A stretch of 64,000 nucleotides of DNA, from contig OX597818.1 in NCBI GenBank assembly GCA_951406725.2, forward strand, positions 98,580,001-98,644,000, given 5' to 3'. The notes under the pieces are model-generated. The model ran no database searches. It saw only the letters and a program-made list of their open reading frames with translations, and had not been told where the DNA came from. A program made the position numbers and the translations under genes. Source of the DNA: Octopus vulgaris (lineage: Eukaryota). Of this stretch, positions 17,079 to 29,049 are shown piece after piece. How positions within the stretch are numbered: the first letter of the stretch is position 1; each line of letters begins with the position of its first letter.

Positions 17079-17124
17079 TCTAGGCCGATGAAGGACAATG
17101 ATCCTGAAACACGGTGTCCCTAGA
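17079..17124 (+). ncRNA. Compact type I hammerhead ribozyme (family D; CCGATGA core variant)
   Basis: tctagg-CCGATGA-agga(caatga)tcct-GAAA-cacggtg-TC-cctaga: perfect 6-bp stem I, 4-bp stem II, GUC triplet; lies in a ~260-bp block between (TA)n tracts. Confidence 0.8.
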
Positions 17125-17359
17125 TGCAGTTCCGGCAGCCGGGGGTGTTTGTCTCCCCTTCGTATATCTATATAAGGACACAGGGAAAAAATGTGTCAAA
17201 GCTATCAGGAGGCGTTCGATGCTTCCTAGGGCTATACAGCAGTGGTGTACCCCCTACTGTCACGTTCTTGTTAGATTGACAGTATACAACCATTCTATAT
17301 ATATATATTTATATATATATGTATATATGTATATGTATATATTTGTATATGTATATATG

Positions 17360-17409
<50 letters not shown>

Positions 17410-17455
17410 CACATATATATGTATATATACATATCGATATATATATATATATATA

Positions 17456-17749
17456 TATATTATAATAAATTAGAGACAAAACCACTATTATGCAAATCAA
17501 ACAAAGAAAGACTTAAGCCAATACATAAAATATAAAATAATTTATATAAATTAAAATTTAACAAATGAATAACCACTACGATCTTAGACATTAGAAAGTC
17601 TAAGATGTGCTGACACGAAACGATCGTAGTGGTTATTCATTTGTTAAATTTTAATTTATATAAATTATTTTATATTTTATGTATTGGCTTAAGTCTTTCT
17701 TTGTTTGATTTGCATAATAGTGGTTTTGTCTCTAATTTATTATAATATA
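17456..17749. repeat. ~128-bp inverted repeat (family B element) with the HHR 3' half at the arm boundary
   Basis: 17456-17583 is the reverse complement of 17622-17749; GAAA-cgatcg-TA-gtgg at 17617-17632. Confidence 0.9.
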
Positions 17750-17969
17750 ATATTTTATTATAAAATTGGATTCAATCTTAAATCTGATTTTTCCTTGTAA
17801 ATTTGGATTTATTCCCTAATATTTATTATTATATATATGTGTATATATATGCATATATATATGTATATATCTATATACATATGTATATACATGTATGTAT
17901 ATATATGTATATATCTATATACATATGTATATACATGTATGTATATATATATGTACATGTATATATACA

Positions 17970-18015
<46 letters not shown>

Positions 18016-18052
18016 TATAGGTATATATATTTGTATATATATGTATATGTAT

Positions 18053-19235
18053 ATCCGTGGAAAACCTCTACACTGGATTGAGTATTTCCTGGTGAACAGA
18101 ACGCAGCAGGTTGGGGTCGATGGAATCCACTTAAGCCCAGCAAATGTCACCAGCGGTGTCCCTCAGGAGACTGTCTTGGGCCCGCTCCACTTTATAGTCT
18201 ATATAAACGACCTTTCCAGCATCATAAAATACAGCAAAGCGAAAATATTTGCTGATGACTCTAAGCTCCAGAAAATTATCAATGAAGAAGACCGAACTCA
18301 ACGCCAGTCTGATCTATATGCTGTGAATCAATGGACAGGCAAAAACCAAATGCAACTAAACGAGGGAAATTTTGAGCTGATTAATTTTGAAAAAAAAAAA
18401 GACTATGCTAAAACAGCCATACATTATTTACATTTGACGGATATTTGTCCTCATCTTGTTTGTTGTTAACACAACGTTTCGGCTGATATACCCTCCAGTC
18501 AATATCAGCCGAAACGTTGTGTTAACAATAAACAAGATGAGGACAATTATCTGTCAAATGTAAATAATGTAAATAATGTCAAATGTAAATAATGTAAATA
18601 ATGTACATAATTCCTTATCTCTTAAATATAGAACTGTAAAACAGCCATACTATTTTCTTCCAGATGAATCTCTCACGGCATCTAATAATATCAGAGACCT
18701 AGGAGTAATGGTTGATAACAATCTCAGTTGGAGTACCCACATTGACAATAAGGTCGATATAGCTCGCAGGATGCGCTCTTGGATCCTAAGAACCTTCCAG
18801 TCTAGAGAACAAGGTGTCATCATTCCACTTTTCTCGTCCTTTGTACGGCCACACCTCGAATATTATTGCCCCTCCCCCGTGGTCTCTCCATACAGAGCAA
18901 AACATCTCTAAAATTGAATCATCCCAGAGGTCATTCACTAAAAGAATTAAAGGCATGACTGCTCTTGATTACTGGAACCGCCTTAAAGCATTGAAACTCT
19001 ATTCTCTCCAGCGCCGCCGTGAGCGATACATCATTTGCTCGATGTGGAGAATATACCACCAGCATTACCCAAACGACCTCAACATTAGCTTCAAAAGTCA
19101 TCCAAGGCTTAGATCACGAGCCTTACGAACCCTATCCAATTCAGGATCACAACACTTAAATACACTGCAACACAATTTCTTTTCCTCAACAGGCCCTGTC
19201 CTATTTCACATAGTTCCGAAACAGATCAAAGAGAA
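18053..19235 (+). mobile_element. CR1-like LINE reverse-transcriptase fragment (decayed, interrupted)
   Basis: [21 protein letters not shown]...FADDSKL...RDLGVMVDNNLSW...FVRPHLEY...LYSLQRRRERY. Confidence 0.9.
18423..18636. mobile_element. Inverted pair of family A (HHR-SINE) 3' halves inserted in CR1 with a 14-bp TSD
   Basis: TAAAACAGCCATAC at 18409-18422 and 18637-18650; minus arm ~18421-18499, plus arm ~18502-18636. Confidence 0.85.
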
Positions 19236-19963
19236 GAACCTTTTTTCCATGAAGTTCCCTTCTGGGTTGTGGTTGAGCTTTTTCCCTTTTACCAAGCCAC
19301 TGTTTACGACGTTTAACATTTCGATGGAAGATCCATTTTTCGTCAGCAGCCACAGGTTTATCCAAAAAAGGTGAAACGAGTTCGCGAGAATGGCGAAAGA
19401 GCATTCTTTCTCCATTTGCGGTTGCTTTCGAACAATTCATGCGGCACCCATTTTCCAAGTTTAGAAACCTTTCCAAGTTGTTGAAGATGACGATGAACAG
19501 TTGTATGGTTTGAACTAAGCTTTATTGCCAATTCTTCAACTGATAACGCTGGATTTTCTTCAAGTAATGCCTCAAACTCAACTGGACGTCCTGTTCAATC
19601 TTCATCTTCAAGGATGAAATCTCCACTTCTGAATTTTGCAAACCATCTTCTGCAAATTCTTTCATTCAAGTATTCTTTCCCATAAACTGAGTGTATGTTT
19701 CGAGTCGCTTCGGCTGCAGAGTTTCCTTTTTTATACTCATAAAGCATTATGTGCTTCAAATGCTCTTTGGATACTTCCATGTTAGAAAGGGTTTCAATCA
19801 AAAAATTTTAATTATATTATTCTGTAAAATAATATTTAATTAGTTTAAATGTACACAAATGCATAAAAATAATTTTTAATCCCATTAGACATTCCAAAAT
19901 ATTATTAAATTTCATTCAATTTTAAAAAAGGTAAAATCGGACAGAATTTATGGGATGACCTGA
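19236..19963 (-). mobile_element. 3'-truncated mariner element
   Basis: 5' TIR (tatcaggtcatcccataaattctgtcc on minus), HTH MEVSKEHLKHIMLYEYKKGNSAAEATRNI..RWFAKFRSGDF, and DEKWI motif. Confidence 0.9.
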
Positions 19964-20035
19964 TATATATATATATATATATTTCTAAATTCGGTATGTG
20001 GTAAGGCAATTCGTTGCCAAACCCTTTATTGCTTA

Positions 20036-20092
<57 letters not shown>

Positions 20093-20130
20093 CATATACA
20101 TACATACATACACACACATATATATAAATA

Positions 20131-20162
<32 letters not shown>

Positions 20163-20750
20163 CATATATATATATATAAATATATATATATACATATACA
20201 TATACATACATACATACACACACACATATATATAAATATACATACATACATACATACATACATACATACATACATACATACATACATACATACATACATA
20301 CATACAGTCTGGATTGTCACAGCTGGAATATCGTTGATAAGTTGTTTCCTCGATAAGTATTGACCTGGAGTCAAACAGCAGCAACTGCGGCACCACCACC
20401 ACCACCACCACCACCACCACCACCATCAGCAACAACAGCAGCAGCAACAACGACATCAACAAGTGCAACAATAGCCTATTGCTTACCATCATCATCATCA
20501 TCATCAACATCATTATCATCACCACAACAACCACCGCCACCGCCACCATCACCACTTCAGCACTAAACGCCCCCAACCCTCCAAACCACACAACATCCCC
20601 CAAACCTCACGATTCTCTCACCTTTTATCAGTTCAAAAAGTAAACTGAAGGACAGCTAGAAAGAAGTGGGACAACCGATATCCGGTTATAAGAAAATCTC
20701 TACAAATACCGGCATTCCACGCTATTATCTTGCAATGATTCATTGCATTC

Positions 20751-20822
<72 letters not shown>

Positions 20823-21134
20823 ATACACGCATATGAATATATATGCGCACACTTATACACACATATGCAGTCACATACCTTCGCAGATGCACAATCATAT
20901 GCATTCATGTCAAATTCAAACGTAAGCACACTGACTCACTCGCACACTAACCAACACACACACACACACACACATTACATGTAGAGCAACATAAGTAACT
21001 GATGGGTCCACATTTTCTTGCCAGAACACTTATCAAACTTTGATGTTAAACCCTAGGCACATGAGTTACATATACACCTTCACAGCAAAGAAATGAAGGA
21101 CTATGTATAGTCCTTCATTTATCAAACATGTATG

Positions 21135-21168
<34 letters not shown>

Positions 21169-21264
21169 TGTATGTATGTATGTATGTATGTATGTATGTA
21201 TGTATGTATGTATATGTGTGTCTATGTATGTATGTATGTATGTATGTATATGTATATGCATATG

Positions 21265-21312
<48 letters not shown>

Positions 21313-21316
<4 letters not shown>

Positions 21317-21388
21317 GTCATCCCATAAATTCTGTCTGATTTTACCTTTTTTAAAATTGAATGAAATTTAATAGCATTTTGGAATGTC
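21313..21388 (+). mobile_element. 5' terminal fragment of the same mariner family
   Basis: ttaggtcatcccataaattctgtctgattttacc matches the reverse complement of ~19890-19963. Confidence 0.8.
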
Positions 21389-21865
21389 GGCGACTAAACT
21401 GGCAACCCCACCAAGCTTGCTTGGTGAGGAGGGCGTTTATTGGACACCCTGCGGGATGAAAAACAAAGCCCGTCAAAGGGCAGAGAAACTCTTGAGAGTC
21501 AGCGGCCATCCAATAAATTCCTCAAGGCTTTATCATGCGCGGGGACATAATCGGACTGAATACCCGATCGCGCGGTTAAACCATTGGGAGTGAAGGGCCC
21601 CTAGCCTTTGTTAAGGCATCCTTCTAGGAGGAGGTAACTCAGGTAACTGAGATAACTCCGACATAAAACCTGCGGCTCAGTGGTTACCGATGATGTTGAC
21701 TTGTTCTTCTTTTCGGATTATGGCTGCTGTTGCTTACTGAGTGGGATTGACTCAGTGCACAGCCTTTCCTCACTTTAAAAAAAATCTTCTTGCACAGGCA
21801 TTGCACGATAACAACTTTAGTTAAGTTTCGTGCAATGGCCATACTCGATAACGAGGGGGCAACCA
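21385..21865 (+). mobile_element. Unclassified retroposon block, possibly an RTE 5' region
   Basis: Begins ggcgactaaactggcaacccc; GC-richer non-coding block; class from memory only. Confidence 0.35.
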
Positions 21866-22304
21866 CCATGTATGTATGTATGAATTCATGTATGTATTCT
21901 CGGTTGTCAAGCGGTGGTGGGGAGGGCATTAGTATTTATGCTTTTTGCTATCAAAATAATTGCGAATGTCACTAAAAGTGACTAGGGTGTTAGGAAATAC
22001 CTACATTGCTGCTGTTGTTAACGAACATGAATGAAAACATACATTAACATTTAGTAACATTTGTAATTCTTATTTTTGGCGAAACATTGCAAAATGCTGT
22101 TTATATTAATTTTATAAATAGACAATAACGAATCGCTAGATGATCCATTTATTCGGATTCCTGTTGTAAAGTGGGTTCCCCTCATTGGTGATATGTGTGA
22201 CTGCCGTTGTACTGTAGTTGCTGTTTTACACTAGTAGCCACAATAGTTACTAGTAATCTGATACCGTTGTATCTCTCCGTACCGGAATAGTAATACACTC
22301 CCTT

Positions 22305-22896
22305 CTTATTTCTTTATTGCCCACAAGGGGCTAAACATAGAGGGGACAGACAAACGGATCAAGTCGATTACATCGACCCCAGTGCGTAACTGGTACTTAT
22401 TTAATCGACCCCGAAAGGATGAAAGGCAAAGTCGACCTCGGCGGAATTTGAACTCAGAATGTAGCAGCAGACGAAATACCTGTTTCTTTACTACCCACAA
22501 GGGGCTAAACACAGAGAGGACAAACCAGGACAGACAAACGGATCAAGTCGATTACATCGACCCCAGTGCATAACTAGTATTTATTTAATCGATCCCAAAA
22601 GGATGAAAGGCAACGTCGACCTCGGCGGAATTTGAACTCAGAAAGTAGCGGCAGACGAAATACCTATTTCTTTACTACCCACAGGGGCTAAACACAGAGA
22701 GGACAAACAAGGACAGACAAACGGATTAAGTCGATTATATCGATCCCTGTGCGTAACTGATACTTAATTTATCGACCCCGAAAGGATGAAAGGCAAAGTC
22801 GACCTCGGCGGAATTTGAACTCAGAACGTAACGGCAGACGAAATACGGCTACGCATTTCGCCCGGCGCGCTAACGATTCTGCCAGCTCGCCGCCTT
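22305..22896 (-). mobile_element. SINE S2 tandem trimer
   Basis: One head (~22850-22896) followed by three ~180-bp units. Confidence 0.88.
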
Positions 22897-23208
22897 AATA
22901 CACTAACTTCTGTCTTAATATCGCTGATAGCTCCACAAGACACCGACTAGAACTGTCGACTCTCAATGCTTCGCCTCTCGCCCTAATTTGCCGACTGGAT
23001 ACTGGTCTATTTATAATGGCTGCTTTTACCGCTTTTTACCGGTAGGGGTATACAGTTTCACTATGAAGCAATGACGAAAACATAAATACTAATGGCGAAG
23101 CGAGTCCGGAAAGAGCTGAACAATCGAGCGGGCGTAACCGATAAGGTAACGGAAATTGCCTAAACTGACGTGTCAGCACTAAGAATTCTAGATCGGTACT
23201 TTACGGGT

Positions 23209-23390
23209 GATTATGGTTCCTGTTAGGGTATATGTTTTCATTCATGTGCGTTAACTACAGTATTAGAGGGATTTAGCTCTTATTTCTAGCAATGTAGGCG
23301 TTGTATATTGCTAGAAATAAGAGCTAAACGCTCTGATGGTGTAGTTAACGCACATGAATGAAAACATACACACTAACAGGGACCATAATC
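23209..23390. mobile_element. Palindromic MITE-like element (~85-90-bp arms)
   Basis: gattatggttcctgttag...tatttctagcaat / attgctagaaata...ctaacagggaccataatc; arm fragment also near 22017-22050. Confidence 0.7.
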
Positions 23391-23627
23391 CCACGGGCAT
23401 ATGGCGTAGTCGTTAAGAGCGCGGGCTACTAACCCCAAGATTCTGAGTTCGATTCCAGGCAGTGGCCTGAATAATAATAATAATAATAATAACAACAGCA
23501 TCGAAAAATACATTAGGAATGAGAGTCCATGTTCTAAATTTCCCCAAGACACCTGATGAAGGCTGGAGGGTATATGAGCCGAAACAAACAAGATGAGGAC
23601 TAATATCCGTCAAATATAAATAATGTA
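23391..23627 (+). mobile_element. tRNA-headed SINE with hammerhead motif (family A), head intact
   Basis: A-box TGGCGTAGTCG (23402), B-box GTTCGATTCC (23447), (AAT)n, gacac-CTGATGA-aggctg..gagcc-GAAAC (23548-23585); cleavage-site segment deleted in this copy. Confidence 0.85.
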
Positions 23628-23657
23628 GATGTTGCCTAATATCCTAGTCACATTTAG

Positions 23658-23708
<51 letters not shown>

Positions 23709-23717
23709 CGTGTGTGC

Positions 23718-23786
<69 letters not shown>

Positions 23787-23839
23787 CGTATATATATATA
23801 TATATACATACATACACACACATATATGTAACTGGTACT

Positions 23840-24051
23840 GCTTGTAGAATTAACGCGTAAGTGGTTGAGTACTCCACAGACACGCACACCCAGGGAGGTT
23901 CAGTATGACACAGAATGTGACAAGGCTGATTTTGTCTGTTGGATGAACTGCAACAAAGTGGAATAAAGTGTCTTGCTCAAGTACACAACGTGAATCGAAC
24001 TCACGACCTTACAATCGCGAGCCGAATAAGCTAACTACTAAGTCACGCCCC
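23840..24051 (-). mobile_element. tRNA-derived SINE (fourth family, degraded)
   Basis: Minus strand ggcgtgacttagtagttagc...gagttcgattc...ttgagcaagacacttta. Confidence 0.65.
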
Positions 24052-24263
24052 ATCACTATATATATATATATATATGTGACCTCGTGAAGACCACTTGCAA
24101 TTTTTTTTCCCTCTGTCCTCCCACCTCGGGATCTTTCTTTCTCCTATGTTTCCGACGAAGAAACGCCATACCCTCCTTCTTCCCTTCTTTCCTGAGCGCC
24201 CAATAATACTTTATTTGTTCCACATCTTCGCGTTCTTGTCTTTTTGTTTTCTTGTTTGGATTA

Positions 24264-24315
<52 letters not shown>

Positions 24316-24705
24316 CACGACAATCACGATATAATTAATGCTCAAAATTTCTCATGGCTCTTATATGCATTCCACACCGATGCTGCTGATAGAGAAGACG
24401 AATCCTTTGATATTCTCAACTCTTTTCACAAACTTTTGTACCCGCCTTCCAAACCGACACACAGATACTCCAAACGCCCTGACCTTTTTATCTCTCCAAA
24501 ACCTAAATTCTGCCACGGAAGAACCTACTGCTGAATACTGAAATTGCAAGTACGGAGGCGCCTGAAGATAAAAGAAATTTAAAAAATTAAAAAATTAAAA
24601 AAATTAAAAAAAGGACATATAAAAAAATGCTTTTGTGATTTGAAAATCAAAAGCTTGAGTGACAATATCAACCTTCACGCAATGGTTTGTTTCGTGCTTT
24701 TGTGA

Positions 24706-24805
24706 NNNNNNNNNNNNNNNNNNNNNNNNNNNNNNNNNNNNNNNNNNNNNNNNNNNNNNNNNNNNNNNNNNNNNNNNNNNNNNNNNNNNNNNNNNNNNNN
24801 NNNNN
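24706..24805. other. Assembly gap (100 N)
   Basis: Direct. Confidence 1.
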
Positions 24806-24827
24806 CCACACTTTATTGTTATTATAA

Positions 24828-25703
24828 TTATTCAGGCCTTGTGCCTATTGTAGAAAATATTATTTTGAATATTGTGCCCCTTTCCCCAAAATATTTCAGG
24901 CCTTGTGCCTATTGTAGAAAAGATTATTTTGAATATTGTGCCCCTTTCCCCAAAAAATTTCAGGCCTTGTGCCTATTGTAGAAAAGATTATTTTGAATAT
25001 TGTGCCCTTTCCCCAAAATATTCAGGCCTTGTGCCTATTATGGAAGAGATTATTTTGAGTATTGTGCCCCTTTCCCCCAAAAATTTCAGGCCTAGTGCCT
25101 ATTGTAGAAAAGATTATTTTGAATATTGTGCCCCTTTCTCCCAAAAATTTCAGGCCTTGTGCCTATTGTAGAAAAGATTATTTTGAATATTGTGCCCCTT
25201 TCCCCAAAAAATTTCAGGCCTTGTGCCTATTGTAGAAAAGATTATTTTAAATATTGTGCCCCTTTCCCCAAAAAATTTCAGGCCTTGTGCCTATTGTAGA
25301 AAAGATTATTTTAAATATTGTGTCCCTTTCACCCCCCCCAAATAATTTCAGGCCTTGTGCCTATTGTAGTGAAGATTATTTTGAATATTGTGCCCCTATC
25401 CCCAAAATATTTCAGGCCTTGTGCCTATTGTAGAAAAGATTATTTTAAATATTGTGCCCCTTTCCCCCCACCCCAAATTTCAGGCCTTGTGCCTATTGTA
25501 GAAAAGATTATTTTAAATATTGTGCCCCTTTCCCCCCAAAAAATTTCAGGCCTTGTGCCTATTGTAGAAAAGATTATTTTGAATATTGTGCCCCTTTCCC
25601 CAAAAAATTTCAGGCCTTGTGCCTATTGTAGAAAAGATTATTTTGAATATTGTGCCCCTTTCCACCCCCAAATTTCAGGCCTTGTGCCTATTGTAGAAAA
25701 TTA
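24828..25703 (+). repeat. ~64-bp minisatellite, about 14 copies, built from a SINE S2-type tail
   Basis: Unit aaatttcaggccttgtgcctattgtagaaaagattattttgaatattgtgcccctttcccc; compare SINE tail at 5655-5697. Confidence 0.92.
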
Positions 25704-25760
25704 TTATTATTATTATTATTATTATCATCATTATTATTATTACTACTACTACTACTGCTG

Positions 25761-25823
<63 letters not shown>

Positions 25824-27019
25824 TTACTACTACTACTACAGATCGACCCCAGGATTTATTTATATTTATTATATATAAATTATTTATATTTATTCTATAT
25901 ATATATTCTTAATATTTATTCTATCGGTCTGTTTTGCCGAACCACTAAATTACGGGGACGTATACACACCAGCATCGGTTGTGAAGCGATGTTGTGGGTC
26001 AAGTACAGGCATAAAGATATACCTACACACACACACAAACACATGTGTGTGTATGTGTATGTATATCTATATTTATGTGTGTGTGTAAACACTTGTGTGT
26101 AACAGTTAATGTATGCTTGTTCGAGATAGATAGATAGAAACATATCTACATACAAATATATATGCACACATGTGTGTATGTGTGTGTGTGTGTACGTACG
26201 CGCGCGTGTATAGGTACACATACATTTAATCATATGTATACGTGTATACATATTGTTAAAGGGTATAATCAAAAGCAGGCACAAAGATTAAAAATTTATG
26301 AATACACATGTGAACATGTAGCATATGCATATCTGTGCTTGTGTGTATATGTGTGTGTGTCTACGAGTGCGCGTGTGTATGTGTTCTTATGTGTATGTGT
26401 TCTTATGTGTTCGTGTGAGTCTGTATGAGTTCGTATGTATTCGTGTGTGTTTGTGTGCGTTCGTATGTGCTTGTACATGTGTGTGTTGATCTATATATTG
26501 TTTCGGTTTGCTTTGATAATACAAAAACACAAAGGCGACCCATAATCCCATTTATTAAAAGTTTGTCAACTGCATTGTATTTATGTGAAATATAGATAAT
26601 ACTAGACCCATACAACTAACCTTGTGTTACCGACTGTACTTTTTCCTGAGGTCAAGTACGTTTGATCAAGTGTCAGGAGGAAGGGACAATATTAATGTTC
26701 ACTAGAAAGAATCTGGGATTGTAGTGTCAGGTTGGTATTAAATAAGTTGTTTTGTTTAAAATTTAGGTTGTGGTATCAAGTAAAGTGAAGATGTTTATCT
26801 GCAATGTCTGCTTTCTGTCATTTGATCCCTTCTCGAACGTTAGTACTTTGTCCAGAAATGTCCGCGTAATGGGTTTTGTTTTGTGGTCTATTTCGCGAAG
26901 GTTACGCTGGCTCCTAAGTAGCAGGGAGGCATTGTCTCGATATAATGTTAAAGTGAATATTTTGATAATTTTTTTCACATCGGTTGGCTGTAATAATAAT
27001 AATAATAATGAATTTAAAC

Positions 27020-27870
27020 AAGAAATGAACAACAAAAATGGAAAAGCATAGAAGGTAAAAAATCTACGGTTAGTTTGAAAGAGATGTGATAATCCATGGC
27101 TAAAGATGAGGAGGAGTGACCTGAAGAAAGAGACAGAAGCACACATATGCGCAGCTCAGGAACAAGCGTTAAGGACCAATTATATGAAGTGCAAGATTGA
27201 TAGCACTACTGATAGCAACAAATGCAGAATGTGTGGTGAGAGGGGTGAAAAGGTAAGGCACATATCGTTAGCGAATGCCCTAATTTGGCACAACGCGAAT
27301 GTAAACGACACCATAACAATGTGACAAGAATGATCCTTTGGGAGCTCTGTGGAAATCATGGCCTACAAAGACCAAAAACGTGATATGAACAAAACCCCAG
27401 AAGGAGTCACCGAAAACGAGAACTGCAAAATCCTTCGGGATGTAACGATCCAGTGCTATCATCTTATCAGACATAGGAAACTGGACATTGTTGTGGTGTA
27501 TAAAAAATAGAAAAACATGTATGAATATCGATACATCATGCCTCCGTGACAACGGGATCAATGTGAACGAAGGAGACAAAATAAACAACTACAACGATTT
27601 AAAGTGGGAAATACGAAGGTTGTGGTCAATGAAGAGAGTAGACGTGATACCAATAATAATTGGTGCACTTGGAAGTATCAGCGCTCAAATACCACAATGG
27701 CTGAAAAAGATCGGTGCAAGTATAAAGGTAGAACACCAACGAAAACCGTGCAAGAATTCTTCACGGGGTTCTTGAAGCATGACCAGTAAACAAGTGTCAC
27801 CTTAGTCTCCTGGCTGTAGATTGCTGACACTTTCTATCATACCCAGCAAAATAAGATGTGAGTTTTCATA
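27020..27870 (+). mobile_element. R4/Dong-clade LINE 3' portion (CCHC finger plus restriction-like endonuclease), flanked by (AAT)n
   Basis: AAQEQALRTN...CRMC...HI..EC...RKLDIVVV...DKINNYNDLKWEIRRLWSM...IPIIIGALG. Confidence 0.9.
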
Positions 27871-27879
27871 TAATAATAA

Positions 27880-28337
27880 TGGGCTACAGCAAATATTCTG
27901 CTCAATACTACATATTTGCTTGTCACTTGTTTAATCTTAACCAGTTGAGCATATCCTTTAATGGCTGACGATGTGCATCTCTGATCACGAGCAGAAGTAG
28001 TGGTGGAGCATCATAGCCATGTGTTGAGAGGAATTTGGGGTGGGGTTTGAATAATTCACCTCTAGAAACATGGGTATTCTGTTCATCATCCTTAAAACAA
28101 ACCTTATTCGGGGACCTCTTGAGTGGAATGGACTACTCGACCTGGGTCCCATCTAACTGGGTCCCATCTGCAAAGTCATCTGCTGTTTATCTCGATATGA
28201 AATCAACATGTCGCCCACATATGGCTATGATGCATGTACCTGGTGTACCCTTAAACGAGTTGTCATGATGGGTATATTAGGCTTCGTATATTCGTATTCC
28301 AGTGTCACTTTGATGGCATGTGCTGCTGTCTCACTCA
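27880..28337. mobile_element. Unclassified ~460-540-bp non-coding repeat next to (AAT)n; second copy at 62215-62746
   Basis: Colinear high similarity between the two copies. Confidence 0.75.
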
Positions 28338-28743
28338 ATAATAACAACAACAACAACAACGACAACAATAATAATAATAATTTCTTTTTTAGGCACAAGG
28401 CCTGAAATTTGCGGTGAGTGGCTAAGTCGATTACATCGACCCCAGTATTTGATTTGTACTTAATTTATCGACCTCGAAAAGATATAAAGACAAAGTCGAC
28501 CTCGGCGGAATTTGAACCCAGAACGATGCGACGGGCGAAATACCTACTTCTTTACTACCTACAAGGGGCTAAACACAGAGGGAACAAACAAGGACAGACA
28601 AACGAATTAAGTCGATTATTTCGACCCCGAAAGGATGAAAGGCAAAGTCGACCTCGGCGGAATTTGAACTCAGAACGTAGCGGCAGCCGTAATACCGCAA
28701 AGCATTTCGCCCGGCGTGCTAACGTTTCTGCCAGCTCGCCACC

Positions 28744-28826
<83 letters not shown>

Positions 28827-29049
28827 CCTTTCTAATAAAGGAACAAAGCCTGAAATTCGCCCAGCGCTCAACTGGTACTTATTTTATCGATTCCGAAGGA
28901 TGAAAGACGAAGTCTACTCGACAGAATTTGAACTCTGAGCGTAACGAGGGACGAAATGCCTAGAATTTTGCCCGGCGTGCTAACGATTCTGCCAGTTCGC
29001 CGCTTTCTTGATAATAATGAGCGTGACGGAGTCTGAGACTAGCAAAATC

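Noticed and set aside
23395-23470. Possible tRNA genes at SINE heads
   Set aside because: No complete cloverleaf; heads are followed by repeat bodies, so they are SINE promoters
24828-25703. CRISPR-like appearance of the 64-bp array
   Set aside because: No unique spacers, units derive from a SINE tail, eukaryotic context, no cas genes
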